From an uncultured Actinomycetota bacterium (GTDB taxonomy: Bacteria; Actinomycetota; Actinomycetes; Propionibacteriales; Nocardioidaceae): a DNA stretch of 64,000 nt. The translations under genes were made by a program, and so were the position numbers. Below are positions 20,426-30,565 of the stretch, piece after piece (positions within the stretch are counted from its first letter, which is position 1; every line of letters begins with the position of its first letter). The notes below the pieces were generated by a model. The model was not told the DNA's origin, searched no databases, and worked only from the letters and a program-made list of their open reading frames with translations. Location of the stretch: NCBI GenBank assembly GCA_963782215.1, contig CAWAJE010000001.1, forward strand, positions 3,943-67,942. Reading direction: 5' to 3'.

Positions 20426-21811
20426 TCACCCCAGCGGGTCCTCTCGGCGGATGTCCACGATGTGCCCGGTCTCGCCGGAAACCAGTGTGGCCAAGGAGGC
20501 GCGGGCGACCTCTTGCGACGACAGCAGCGTGCCCGGCGGCTCCTCCCCGAAGGCCTTCGTGCGCATCGGGGTCGCGGTGCGCTCGGGATTGATGCAGTTG
20601 ACTCGCACGTTGCTGCCGCCCCACTCATCAGCCAGCGCCTGGGTCAGGTTGACGACGGCCGCCTTGGCAGAGGAGTACAGGCTGTACCCGCTTCGTCCTC
20701 GGGTGTACGAGCTCGAGGTGAAGAACAGCAGGCTGCCGCTGGTGGCCTCGAGATGTGGCAGGAACTCCTGCGCGATGAAGACGGGCGCCAGGTAGTTGAC
20801 CTCGGTCGAGGCGTAGATCGTCTCCTCCGAGGCGTCGCGCAGCGCTCCTCGTGGAAGCACGCCTGCGGCGTTCACCACCAGGTCGATGTGGTCCACTTCG
20901 GCCAGAACGGATGCCGCTGCCGCGGCGATGTCCTCTCGTCGCTCGACGTGCGTGCCCGTCCCCGAGCGACTGAACGCGAAGACCTGAGCGCCGTAGGCCC
21001 TGGCCATCGTCGCGATGTCGGCGCCGATTCCGTAGCTGCCACCGAACACGACGAGGGTCTTGCCCTCGAGTGACTCGCGGTACTGCTGGTCGGTCCACGT
21101 GGGAGCGACGTTCTGGCTCGTGAGCTGGAAGAGCTTGTCGGCCAGGTAGACGTCGATCGGGTCGGTGATCTTCATGTTGCGCTCATCGCCCACCACTACG
21201 GTGATCGGCACGTCCGGCAGGTAGCGCAGCACGACCGTGCAGTCATCAGTGGCGACGAAGTCCGCGTCCTCGGCCGCTACGGCGTAGGCACGCTTGATCA
21301 CTTCGCACCGGAACGCCTGTGGGGTCTGGCCCCGTCGAAGCCTCGATCGGGGCGGGATCTGCGTAATGGTGTGGTTCTCGTCGACCTCGATGATGGTGTC
21401 GGCCGAGGGGATCGCGACGTCGACCGCGTCGAACGTGTCCAGCGCCTCGAAGCACTCCCTGATGATTCGACCACTCACCAGTGGGCGGACGGCGTCGTGG
21501 AAGAGCACCTTGCTGGTCGGATCGGTCACTGTGGCGAGGGCACGCATCGTCGTCCCGTTGCGGGTCTCGGCACCCTCGAGGATCTGCGTGACCTTGGTGT
21601 AGCCGCCGACGTCCACGATGTAGCGGACCGCGTCGAGGTGCCCCGGAGCCATCATGATCACGACCTCATCGACGTCTGGGTGCGCGTTCACCGTGGCCAG
21701 TGTGTGTTCGAGGATCGTGCGTCCGGCGATCTTGATCAGCTGCTTCGGGATATCGAGGCCCACCCGGGTACCGACCCCGCCAGCGAGGATCACTGCGACG
21801 TTGCTGCTCAT
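20426..21811 (-). CDS. bifunctional cytidylyltransferase (IspD/TarI)/SDR reductase, Bcs1-like CDP-ribitol synthase
   Basis: LAGGVGTRVG..PKQ, HDAVRP, QTPQAF, TDD, NMKIT; then SDR GGSYGIG, NAAG, YSSAK. Confidence 0.9.
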   Translation of the reverse strand: MSSNVAVILAGGVGTRVGLDIPKQLIKIAGRTILEHTLATVNAHPDVDEVVIMMAPGHLDAVRYIVDVGGYTKVTQILEGAETRNGTTMRALATVTDPTSKVLFHDAVRPLVSGRIIRECFEALDTFDAVDVAIPSADTIIEVDENHTITQIPPRSRLRRGQTPQAFRCEVIKRAYAVAAEDADFVATDDCTVVLRYLPDVPITVVVGDERNMKITDPIDVYLADKLFQLTSQNVAPTWTDQQYRESLEGKTLVVFGGSYGIGADIATMARAYGAQVFAFSRSGTGTHVERREDIAAAAASVLAEVDHIDLVVNAAGVLPRGALRDASEETIYASTEVNYLAPVFIAQEFLPHLEATSGSLLFFTSSSYTRGRSGYSLYSSAKAAVVNLTQALADEWGGSNVRVNCINPERTATPMRTKAFGEEPPGTLLSSQEVARASLATLVSGETGHIVDIRREDPLG

Positions 21812-22077
21812 GAGGCGGTTCCTCCTGGATCGTCCGGACAGGCTACGAACGGATGCGGTGGTCCTCTGCCGGTCAGCCGCCCGAGTGGCGCGACCCTATC
21901 GCGCACCAACGGTCGGCTGCGGTGCGGACCGCCGCCCGCGACGCACTCCTCCCGTGTGACGAAGCACACCGATTGACCCATTCCCACGCTTTCGTTCCTC
22001 GGCGTACGCTCGAACTGCACGAATCAACGAGTAGTCCGGTACCCGAGAGGGACTGGAACGAAAGGCGATGAGTTTCG

Positions 22078-23031
22078 ATGGCCCGAATCGGGGTTGTCGG
22101 CGCCGGCCGTGTCGGTGCCGTCCTGTCCGCCGCTCTCCGCGCGGCTGGTCACGAGATCGTGGCCGCAGCGGGGGACTCGGCTGCCTCCTTGCACCGCATC
22201 GACACGCTGCTCCCCGGGATCCGGTCCGCCAAGCCGACCGACGTGGCGCGCTCGTGCGACCTGCTGCTGCTGACCGTGCCCGACGACATGCTCGAGAACG
22301 TCGTCAGCACGCTCGTGGGCGCCCGCGCGATCCGCTCCGGCCAAGTCGTGTGCCACACCTCGGGTCGTCACGGGCTGGCCGTGCTCGAGTCGGCGACCGC
22401 CATCGGCGCCCGGCCGATCGCGATGCATCCGGCGATGACCTTCACCGGCACCGAGGTGGACCTCGCCCGGCTCGAGGGCTGCGTCTTCGGCGTCACCGCC
22501 GGCGCGCCGGAGCGGGAGTACGCCGAGGGTCTCGTCGACGATCTCGGTGGGATCGCGATGTGGGTGCCGGAGGACAAGCGCACGCTCTACCACGCAGGTC
22601 TGGCCCACGGGGCGAACCACCTGGTCACCCTGGTCAGCCAAGCGATGGAGCTGCTCGCCGCCTCGGGGGCGGAGGACCCGGCCGCCACCCTGCGTCCGCT
22701 GCTGACCGCCGCGCTCGACAACGCCCTCGCCGAGGGAGACGCGGCGCTGACCGGCCCGATCGTGCGCGGTGACGTGCGCACCGTGCAGGCCCACCTCGCC
22801 GACATCGCCGAGACCGCCCCCGCGACCATCCCGTCCTACGTCGCGATGGCGAAGGCCACCGCCGACCGGGCCGTGCTCAACGGCCGGCTGCTGCCGATCC
22901 GGGCGGGCGCGATCGTCGCCGTCCTGGACCGGGCACTGGCCGCCGTCGGCGAGCCCCCGCTCGGCCCGCCACGACCCACCACCCGCGCGTCCCGACACAC
23001 CACCCGGGCCACCCGGAGCGACTACCGGTGA
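22078..23031 (+). CDS. Rossmann-like/DUF2520 protein (PanG-type ketopantoate reductase)
   Basis: [36 protein letters not shown]; directly upstream of panC. Confidence 0.88.
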   Translation: MARIGVVGAGRVGAVLSAALRAAGHEIVAAAGDSAASLHRIDTLLPGIRSAKPTDVARSCDLLLLTVPDDMLENVVSTLVGARAIRSGQVVCHTSGRHGLAVLESATAIGARPIAMHPAMTFTGTEVDLARLEGCVFGVTAGAPEREYAEGLVDDLGGIAMWVPEDKRTLYHAGLAHGANHLVTLVSQAMELLAASGAEDPAATLRPLLTAALDNALAEGDAALTGPIVRGDVRTVQAHLADIAETAPATIPSYVAMAKATADRAVLNGRLLPIRAGAIVAVLDRALAAVGEPPLGPPRPTTRASRHTTRATRSDYR

Positions 23032-23894
23032 CGCCGGCCCCCGTCCTCGCGAGCACTCGCGGGGAGCTCGGCCATGCCCTGCGCCGGACCGCCACCGGCC
23101 GGCAGGCCCCGCGCGTGGCGCTGGTGCCGACGATGGGCGCGCTGCACGTGGGGCACGCCTCCTTGATGACCCGCGCCCGCGAGGAGGTGGGGCCGACCGG
23201 GCCGGTGGTCGTCTCGATCTTCGTGAACCCGATGCAGTTCGCCCCCGGTGAGGACCTGGACCGCTACCCCCGGACCCTGGAGGCCGACCTCGAGCTCTGC
23301 GCCGAGCAGGGCGTCGATGTGGTCTTCTGCCCGGGGACCGATGAGGTCTACCCCGGGGGCCCGACGCTGGTCAGCGTCGACCCGGGGCCGCTGGCCGGCG
23401 TACTCGAGGGTGCGTCGCGGCCCACCCACTTCCGAGGCGTGCTCACCGTGGTCGCCAAGCTGTTCGGGCTGGTCCGGCCCGACGTCGCGGTCTTCGGTGA
23501 GAAGGACTACCAGCAGCTGGCGCTGATCCGGCGGATGGCTGCCGACCTGTGTCTCGGGGTCGAGGTGCTGGGAGCCGCCACCGTCCGCGAGCCCGACGGC
23601 CTGGCGCTGTCGAGCCGCAACCGCTTCCTCGACCCCACGCAGAGGGAGGCAGCGACCGCGCTCTCGCGGGCACTGTTCGCCGGACGCGCCGCCGGCACCC
23701 AGGGCGTCGAGGCGGTGCTGGGGGCAGCCCAGCAGCAGCTGGCGGCCGAGCCGGGGGTGGAGCTGGACTACCTCGAGCTCACCGACCCCGACCTCGGCCC
23801 CGCCCCGCAGACCGGTGCCGCGCGGCTGCTGGTCGCGGCCCGCGTGGGCACCACTCGACTGATCGACAACGTCGCTCTCGACCTGAAGGGATGA
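23028..23894 (+). CDS. panC: pantoate-beta-alanine ligase
   Basis: [48 protein letters not shown]. Confidence 0.97.
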   Translation: MTPAPVLASTRGELGHALRRTATGRQAPRVALVPTMGALHVGHASLMTRAREEVGPTGPVVVSIFVNPMQFAPGEDLDRYPRTLEADLELCAEQGVDVVFCPGTDEVYPGGPTLVSVDPGPLAGVLEGASRPTHFRGVLTVVAKLFGLVRPDVAVFGEKDYQQLALIRRMAADLCLGVEVLGAATVREPDGLALSSRNRFLDPTQREAATALSRALFAGRAAGTQGVEAVLGAAQQQLAAEPGVELDYLELTDPDLGPAPQTGAARLLVAARVGTTRLIDNVALDLKG

Positions 23895-23898
23895 GCAG

Positions 23899-24360
23899 AT
23901 GCTGCGCACCATGATGAAGAGCAAGATCCACCGGGCGACGGTCACCCAGGCCGACCTGCACTACGTGGGGTCGGTGACCGTCGACGAGGACCTCCTCGAC
24001 GCGGCCGACCTGCTTCCGGGTGAGCTCGTGCACATCGTCGACGTCACCAACGGGGCTCGGCTGGAGACCTACACGATCGCGGGCGAGCGTGGCTCCGGGG
24101 TCCTCGGCATCAACGGCGCCGCCGCACACCTGGTGCACCCCGGCGACGTGGTGATCCTGATCGCCTACGCCCAGATGGAGACCGCCGAGGCGCGCGACTT
24201 CCGGCCCAGCGTGGTCTTCGTCGACCAGCACAACGCCGTGCTCGCCACCGGCTCGGACCCCGCCGAGGCACTCCCCGGCTCGGAGCTGGTCCGGGGCGAC
24301 CTGCACAGCTTCGCTCCCTCCGACCTGGTCGCTGCTCGCCCGCAGAACCACCTCGTATGA
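23899..24360 (+). CDS. panD: aspartate 1-decarboxylase
   Basis: [16 protein letters not shown] pyruvoyl cleavage site, [13 protein letters not shown]. Confidence 0.97.
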   Translation: MLRTMMKSKIHRATVTQADLHYVGSVTVDEDLLDAADLLPGELVHIVDVTNGARLETYTIAGERGSGVLGINGAAAHLVHPGDVVILIAYAQMETAEARDFRPSVVFVDQHNAVLATGSDPAEALPGSELVRGDLHSFAPSDLVAARPQNHLV

Positions 24361-24394
24361 CGCACCGGTGAGCCGCGCTCGATAGCCTGCGCGG

Positions 24395-26065
24395 ATGACC
24401 AACTCGTCGAGCGTGCATCGCGGTGGGCTTCCCGGCCGGCTGGCTTCGGGCGAACCAGGCTGGAGCACCGATGCCGACGTCGTGGTGGTCGGCTCGGGCA
24501 TCGCCGGCCTGACCGCCGCGCTGCGACTGCGGCACCACGTCAGCAAGATCCTCGTCGTCACCAAGGACGTGCTCTCGGCCGGCTCGACGCAGTGGGCGCA
24601 GGGTGGCATCGCCGCGGCGCTCGGACCCGAGGACACCCCCGAGCAGCACGAGCACGACACCCTGGTGGCCGGCGCGGGCGCCTGCGACCCCGAGGCGGTC
24701 CGCATCTTGGTCAACGAGGGCCCCGAGGCCGTACGCGAGCTGATCGCTCTGGGCGCCATCTTCGACCACTCCGCCGAGGGTGAGCTGTCGCTGACCCGCG
24801 AGGGGGGCCACCACCGGGACCGGATCGCGCACGCGGGCGGGGACGCCACCGGAGCCGAGATCCAGCGTGCCCTGATCGCGGCCATCCAGGCAGCTCCTGA
24901 CATCGAGGTGGTCGAGCACGCCCTGGCCGTCGACCTGCTGCTCGCCGAGGACGGAGGCGTCGCCGGAATCACCCTGCACGTGATGGGAGAGGGGCAGCGC
25001 GACGGCATCGGCGCGGTCCGGTGCCGGGCAGTGGTGCTGGCCTCCGGGGGGCTGGGGCAGGTCTTCTCCCAGACCACCAACCCCGCCGTGACCACCGGCG
25101 ACGGCATGGCACTGGCACTGCGTGCCGGTGCCGTGCTGCGCGACCTGGAGTTCGTGCAGTTCCACCCGACCGTGATGTACCTCGGCCCCGACTCCCGCGG
25201 CCAGCAGCCGCTGATCAGCGAGGCGGTGCGTGGCGAGGGTGCATTCCTCGTCGACTTCGAGGGCGCCCGCTTCATGCAGGGGCAGCACGAGCTGGCCGAC
25301 CTCGCGCCCCGCGACGTGGTCGCGAAGGCGATCACCCGGCGGATGCACGAGACCGGCCAGCCGCACATGTGGCTCGACGCCCGCCACCTCGGGCGTGAGT
25401 TCTGGGAGGCGCGCTTCCCCACGATCCTGGTGACCTGTCGCAGCCACGGGGTCGACCCGGTCACCGACCTGATCCCGGTCGCGCCCGCCTGCCACTACGC
25501 CTCCGGGGGCGTGGCGACCGACCTGTGGGGACGTGCCAGCGTGCCCGGCCTCTACGCCACCGGGGAGGTGGCCTGCTCCGGCGTGCACGGCGCCAACCGG
25601 TTGGCCTCCAACTCGCTCCTCGAGGGACTGGTCTTCTCCCGCAGGATCGCCGAGGTGCTCCCGGGCGAGCTGCGCGACCTGGTCGACCTGCGCCACGACG
25701 AGCGGGCCAGCGGGCTGGTCTCGGCCGACGTGCGCACCGACCTGCAGTCCGTGATGACCGACAAGGTCGGGGTGCTGCGCTCCGCCGAGGGGCTCGCGGC
25801 AGCGCTCGACGAGCTCGTTGCGCTGGGAGAGAAGCCCGGCGACGTCGGCACCCCGGCCTGGGAGGCGACCAACCTGCTGATGATCAGCATCGCGCTGGCC
25901 GAGGCGGCCGCCCGGCGCGAGGAGACCCGCGGCTCCCACTGGCGCGAGGACCACCCCGAGCGCGACGACGCGAGGATGTCCGGCCACTTCGACGTCACCC
26001 TCGGCGCCGACGGTCTCACGATGTCCTTCACCCCTGCCGCCCCCTCCGACGGGGGCGTCGGATGA
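24395..26065 (+). CDS. nadB: L-aspartate oxidase
   Basis: GSGIAGL, WAQGGIAA, TREGGH, QFHPT, SEAVRGEG, HGANRLASNSLLEG. Confidence 0.96.
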   Translation: MTNSSSVHRGGLPGRLASGEPGWSTDADVVVVGSGIAGLTAALRLRHHVSKILVVTKDVLSAGSTQWAQGGIAAALGPEDTPEQHEHDTLVAGAGACDPEAVRILVNEGPEAVRELIALGAIFDHSAEGELSLTREGGHHRDRIAHAGGDATGAEIQRALIAAIQAAPDIEVVEHALAVDLLLAEDGGVAGITLHVMGEGQRDGIGAVRCRAVVLASGGLGQVFSQTTNPAVTTGDGMALALRAGAVLRDLEFVQFHPTVMYLGPDSRGQQPLISEAVRGEGAFLVDFEGARFMQGQHELADLAPRDVVAKAITRRMHETGQPHMWLDARHLGREFWEARFPTILVTCRSHGVDPVTDLIPVAPACHYASGGVATDLWGRASVPGLYATGEVACSGVHGANRLASNSLLEGLVFSRRIAEVLPGELRDLVDLRHDERASGLVSADVRTDLQSVMTDKVGVLRSAEGLAAALDELVALGEKPGDVGTPAWEATNLLMISIALAEAAARREETRGSHWREDHPERDDARMSGHFDVTLGADGLTMSFTPAAPSDGGVG

Positions 26066-26964
26066 GCGCGCGGACGGCGTACGACGACCTGCCCGCCGAC
26101 CTCCTCGAGGAGCTGCAGGCCGCAGGACTGGACCCACGTGCGGTGTACGCCGCGATCGGGACCGCGCTCGACGAGGACCTGCCCGAGGGGCACGAGGACG
26201 TCACCAGCGCGGCGACGATCCCGGAGGACCAGCGCGGGGTGGCCGACTTCGCGGCCCGGGAGCCCGGCGTGGTGGCCGGGCTCGGGATCGCAGCGATGGT
26301 CTTCCACGCCGTGATGGGAAACGACGTCGAGGTCACCGGCCGGCTCGCCGACGGCACCAGCGTGGCCGCCGGGGACGCCGTGATGAAGGTGTCCGGGTCG
26401 ACGCGCGGCCTGCTCACCGCCGAGCGCACCGCCCTCAACTTCGCCTCGCACCTCTCCGGCGTGGCGACCGCGACCTCCCGCTGGGTGGCCGCGCTCGAGG
26501 GCACCAAGGCCCGGGTGCTCGACACCCGCAAGACGCTGCCGAACTACCGCGCCCTGCAGAAGTACGCCGTGCGCTGCGGCGGCGGCGTCAACCACCGGTT
26601 CAGCCTCTCCGACCTCGCGATGGTCAAGGACAACCACGTGGTCGCCGCCGGGGGAGTGGTCCCCGCCTTCGAGGCCGTACGCCGGGCCTACCCCGAGGTC
26701 CCGGTCGAGGTGGAGGTGACCGATCTCGACCAGCTCCGGGAGCTGCTCGACGCCGGCTGCGAGCGGATCCTGCTCGACAACATGAGCGACGACCAGATGG
26801 CCGAGGCGGTCCGGATCACCGACGGGCACGCCACCCTCGAGGCGTCCGGCGGCCTCACCCTCGACCGCGCCCGCGACGTCGCGGAGACCGGCGTCGACTT
26901 CATCTCCGTCGGGGCGCTGACCCACTCGGTGGTCGTCTTCGACCTCGGCATGGACCTGCGATGA
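26062..26964 (+). CDS. nadC: nicotinate-nucleotide diphosphorylase (carboxylating)
   Basis: ERTALN, DTRKT, NHR, KDNH, EVEV, LLDN, EASGG, SVGALTHS. Confidence 0.96.
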   Translation: MSARTAYDDLPADLLEELQAAGLDPRAVYAAIGTALDEDLPEGHEDVTSAATIPEDQRGVADFAAREPGVVAGLGIAAMVFHAVMGNDVEVTGRLADGTSVAAGDAVMKVSGSTRGLLTAERTALNFASHLSGVATATSRWVAALEGTKARVLDTRKTLPNYRALQKYAVRCGGGVNHRFSLSDLAMVKDNHVVAAGGVVPAFEAVRRAYPEVPVEVEVTDLDQLRELLDAGCERILLDNMSDDQMAEAVRITDGHATLEASGGLTLDRARDVAETGVDFISVGALTHSVVVFDLGMDLR

Positions 26965-27737
26965 CCCTGCTCTGCGCCGACATCGGCAACTCCCACACCG
27001 TGATGGGGCTGCTCGACGACGGCGAGGTGCTCGACCACTGGCGGGTCGCCACCGACGAGCGCCGGACTGCCGACGAGTGGGCGGTCCTGCTCAGCGGGCT
27101 GCTCCGGGAGAGCGACGTCGCCCACGGGCTGGCCGGGGTGGCGGTCTGCTCGACGGTGCCCACCGTGCTGCACGAGTGGCGCGACATGCTGGTGCGGCAC
27201 TTCGGCAGGCTGCCGAGCGTGGTGGTCGAGCCGGGCGTGCGCACCGGGGTGCCGGTGCTGATGGACAACCCCCGCGAGGTGGGTGCCGACCGGGTGATGA
27301 ACGCTCTCGCCGCCGCCACCCTCTACGCCGGCCCGGCGATCGTCGTCGACTTCGGCACCGCGACCACCTTCGACGTGGTCAGCCAGCGAGGTGAGTACAT
27401 CGGCGGAGCGATCTCACCCGGCATCGACATCTCGCTGGAGGCGCTCGGCCGGCGTGGCGCCCAGCTGCGGCAGGTCGAGCTGCTGCGGCCCCGCAGCGTG
27501 ATCGCGAAGAACACCGTGGAGGCGCTGCAGTCGGGGATGGTCTACGGGTTCGCCAGCCAGGTGGACGGCATCGTGGCCAGGATGATCGCCGAGCTCGGCG
27601 TACCCACCGCGGACGTGCACGTGATCGCCACCGGAGGCCTGGCCCCGATCGTGGTCGAGGAGTGCGCGGTGTTCACCGTGCACCAGCCGTGGCTGACGCT
27701 GCTCGGGCTCGAGATGGTCTTCGCCCGCAACACCTGA
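26961..27737 (+). CDS. coaX: type III pantothenate kinase
   Basis: DIGNS, GADR, DFGTATT, GGAISPG, TGG. Confidence 0.95.
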   Translation: MTLLCADIGNSHTVMGLLDDGEVLDHWRVATDERRTADEWAVLLSGLLRESDVAHGLAGVAVCSTVPTVLHEWRDMLVRHFGRLPSVVVEPGVRTGVPVLMDNPREVGADRVMNALAAATLYAGPAIVVDFGTATTFDVVSQRGEYIGGAISPGIDISLEALGRRGAQLRQVELLRPRSVIAKNTVEALQSGMVYGFASQVDGIVARMIAELGVPTADVHVIATGGLAPIVVEECAVFTVHQPWLTLLGLEMVFARNT

Positions 27738-27753
27738 TCTGCCGTCGTGCCGC

Positions 27754-28914
27754 TCAGAGGCTGCTGACCGTGCTGGTCGGGTCGATCAGGATCTTCGCGT
27801 GCCGCTCCGGGTCACCGAGGACCTCGAAGGCCTCGGCGACCCCGTCGAGACCGACCGTGCCGGTGATGAGCGGGGTGGGGTCCACCTTGCCGTCGGCCAT
27901 CATCTGCAGCGTCTCGTGGAACTCGTGCGGCTGGTAGGCGAAGACGAAGCGCAGGTCGATCTCCTTGTTGATCGCCATCGCGGGCTGGAAGGTGTCGGCC
28001 TCCATGCAGACGCCGACCACGACCACGCGTGCGGCCAACGGCGCCTGGTTGACGATCTGGTCGATGATCCCGGGCACCCCGACGCACTCGAAGACCACCG
28101 GTCCACGGGGGGTGGCGCCGGCAGCCTCGGCAGCCCGGAGCACCTGCGCCCACGGCAGCATCGGCACCTTGCGCAGCTTGCCCATCGTGTTCAACGCCAG
28201 GTCGAAGAGGTCGTTGGCGTCGGTGAGGTAGCGGCTCTGCTCGAAGGCCGTCCACGGCGACTCCGCGCCCGGGTCGATCACGACGTCGGCGCCGCAGCGC
28301 TCGGCGAGCGCCCGGCGGCCCGGCGAGAAGTCGCTGGCGACCACCCGCGTGACGCCCCGCGCCTTGAGCATCAAGATCACGGCGAGGCCGATCGGTCCGC
28401 AGCCGATGACGACCGCGGTCTCCTTCTTGCGCACCCCGCTGCGGCGTACGGCGTGCCAGGCGACCGCCATCGGCTCGGTGAGGGCGGCCGTCTCGGGGCT
28501 GAACCCGTTGGGGACCCCCATGGTCAGCGACTCCTGCACGAGCACCCGCTCGGCGTACGCCCCAGGCGCCTTGGCCGACAGGCCGGTCATCTGCACCTGC
28601 TCGCCCATCTGGATCATCGGCAGGGAGACCACCGGGGTCCCCGTCGCCCAGGGTCTGCGGGTCGAGGGGCCGTAGTCGAGGACCCGGCCGCTGAACTCGT
28701 GGCCCATCACCACGGACTCGTGGGGGCGCATCACGTCGTGGTAGCCGATGCCCGCGGCGAGGTCGGCCAGCTGGTCGGCGTGCCTGCGGGCGTGCAGGTC
28801 CGAGCCGCAGATGCCGCCGCGGACGACCTCGAGCAGCACCTGGCCGGGACCGGGAACGGGGTCCGGCTGCTCGCGGACCTCGAGCTCGGCGTCCTGGCAG
28901 ACCACAGCCTTCAT
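27754..28914 (-). CDS. zinc-binding (MDR) dehydrogenase
   Basis: MKAVV start, GICGSDLH, GHEFSG, GCGPIGL; lacks the structural-zinc Cys lobe. Confidence 0.9.
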   Translation of the reverse strand: MKAVVCQDAELEVREQPDPVPGPGQVLLEVVRGGICGSDLHARRHADQLADLAAGIGYHDVMRPHESVVMGHEFSGRVLDYGPSTRRPWATGTPVVSLPMIQMGEQVQMTGLSAKAPGAYAERVLVQESLTMGVPNGFSPETAALTEPMAVAWHAVRRSGVRKKETAVVIGCGPIGLAVILMLKARGVTRVVASDFSPGRRALAERCGADVVIDPGAESPWTAFEQSRYLTDANDLFDLALNTMGKLRKVPMLPWAQVLRAAEAAGATPRGPVVFECVGVPGIIDQIVNQAPLAARVVVVGVCMEADTFQPAMAINKEIDLRFVFAYQPHEFHETLQMMADGKVDPTPLITGTVGLDGVAEAFEVLGDPERHAKILIDPTSTVSSL

Positions 28915-28965
28915 TGCCCGCTCCTCGTGCTCAGTCGTCCGGGTCAGCAAAGTAGCCTGTCCGCC

Positions 28966-30480
28966 ATGGATGACCAGCCCCAGGCCCGACCGGAGACCCA
29001 GGGCGACGAGCTCCCCGAACAGATGCAGGTGCGGCTGGAGAAGCGGCAGCGACTTCTGGACCAGGGGGTCCAGCCCTACCCGACGACCGTCGAGCGGACC
29101 CACACGATCGCCGAGATCCGTGGCACCTACGACGCCCAGGAGCTCGAGCCCGACACCAGCACCGGTGAGCAGGTGGCCCTGACCGGGCGGGTGATCTTCC
29201 AGCGCAACACCGGCAAGCTCTGCTTCGCCCGGCTGCGCGAGGGTGCGGGCGCAGAGATCCAGGTGATGCTGAGCCTCGCCGAGGTCGGCGAGGAGTCGCT
29301 GGCCGAGTTCAAGGCGCTGGTCGACATCGGTGACCTGCTGGCGGTGCGCGGCGAGGTGATCACCAGCCGGCGTGGCGAGCTGAGCATCCAGGTGCGGGAG
29401 TGGGAGCTCGCCGCGAAGACGCTGCGGCCGCTGCCCAACGAGCACAAGCCGCTCTCCGACGAGGCGCGCATCCGGCTGCGGTACGTCGACATGATGATCC
29501 GCCCCGAGGCCCGCGAGATGGTGCGCACCAAGGCGGCCGTGCTGCGCAGCTTGCGCAACACCCTCGACGAGCGCGGCTACACCGAGGTCGAGACCCCGAT
29601 CCTGCAGCTGACCAACGGAGGTGCGGCCGCGCGTCCCTTCCGGACCCATCTCAACGCACTCGACCAGCCGATGCTCCTGCGGATCGCCCTCGAGCTCGAC
29701 CTGAAGCGGGCGATGATCGGAGGGGTGGAGAAGGTCTACGAGATCGGTCGGACCTTCCGCAACGAGGGTCTGGACTCCACCCACGCGGCGGAGTTCTCGA
29801 TGCTCGAGGCCTATCAGGCCTACGGCGACCAGTTCACGATGATGGAGCTCACCCGGGCGCTGGTCCTCGACGCCGCGCGAGCGGTCGGCCGGACCGTCGT
29901 ACCCGGGCGGGACGGGTCCGAGATCGACCTCGAGGCGCCATGGCGTCAGGCCGCGATCCACGACCTGGTCTCCGAGGCTCTCGGCGAGAAGATCGACGTG
30001 GAGACCTCGACAGATTCGCTTCGCGGATATGCCGATGCGCACAATGTCGAGCTGCAACCGAAATGGGAGGCGCCGGAGATTGTCGTGGAGCTCTACGAGC
30101 AGCTGGTGGAGGATCACCTGATCACTCCGACATTCGTGATGGATTACCCCGCCGCGGTCAAGCCGCTGGCCAAGGCGCACCGCTCCAAGCCCGGCCTGAA
30201 CGAGGCCTGGGACCTGATCATCAATGGCGTCGAGCTCGCGCCCGCATATTCGGAACTCAATGACCCCGTCGTGCAACGCGAACGCCTTGTCGCCCAGTCG
30301 ATGCTGGCAGCGCAGGGTGACCCGGAGGCCATGGAGCTCGACGAGGTGTTCCTCAAGGCGATGGAGTACGGCATGCCGCCTGCAGGCGGGATGGGCCTGG
30401 GCGTCGACCGGTTGATCATGTTGCTCACCGGTGCCGGAATTAGGGAGACGATTCTTTTCCCCTTGTTGCGCCCGGAGTGA
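28966..30480 (+). CDS. lysS: lysine--tRNA ligase (class II)
   Basis: OB-fold N-terminus, GGAAARPF, LRIALEL, FRNEG, YGMPPAGGMGLGVDRL; TAGCCT -10 before the ATG. Confidence 0.97.
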   Translation: MDDQPQARPETQGDELPEQMQVRLEKRQRLLDQGVQPYPTTVERTHTIAEIRGTYDAQELEPDTSTGEQVALTGRVIFQRNTGKLCFARLREGAGAEIQVMLSLAEVGEESLAEFKALVDIGDLLAVRGEVITSRRGELSIQVREWELAAKTLRPLPNEHKPLSDEARIRLRYVDMMIRPEAREMVRTKAAVLRSLRNTLDERGYTEVETPILQLTNGGAAARPFRTHLNALDQPMLLRIALELDLKRAMIGGVEKVYEIGRTFRNEGLDSTHAAEFSMLEAYQAYGDQFTMMELTRALVLDAARAVGRTVVPGRDGSEIDLEAPWRQAAIHDLVSEALGEKIDVETSTDSLRGYADAHNVELQPKWEAPEIVVELYEQLVEDHLITPTFVMDYPAAVKPLAKAHRSKPGLNEAWDLIINGVELAPAYSELNDPVVQRERLVAQSMLAAQGDPEAMELDEVFLKAMEYGMPPAGGMGLGVDRLIMLLTGAGIRETILFPLLRPE

Positions 30481-30565
30481 GACCTTAACGCCTAGGAATT
30501 CCCATGCTATTGTCGCTGCGACCGGGGGGACCGATTAATCTTCATTCCCAAGGACGGCAAGTTAC

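Noticed and set aside
20426-21811. Calling this gene ispD (MEP pathway)
   Set aside because: Fusion to an SDR and location among TagF genes fit CDP-polyol synthesis better
6740-21950. Wall-polymer locus as a mobile element
   Set aside because: No integrase, transposase, tRNA or flanking direct repeats seen; treated as a variable locus only
27799-30480. 893-aa LysS and 840-aa dehydrogenase as LysX-like or other fusions
   Set aside because: Each extension is the antisense of the divergent neighbour; real starts are 28966 and 28914
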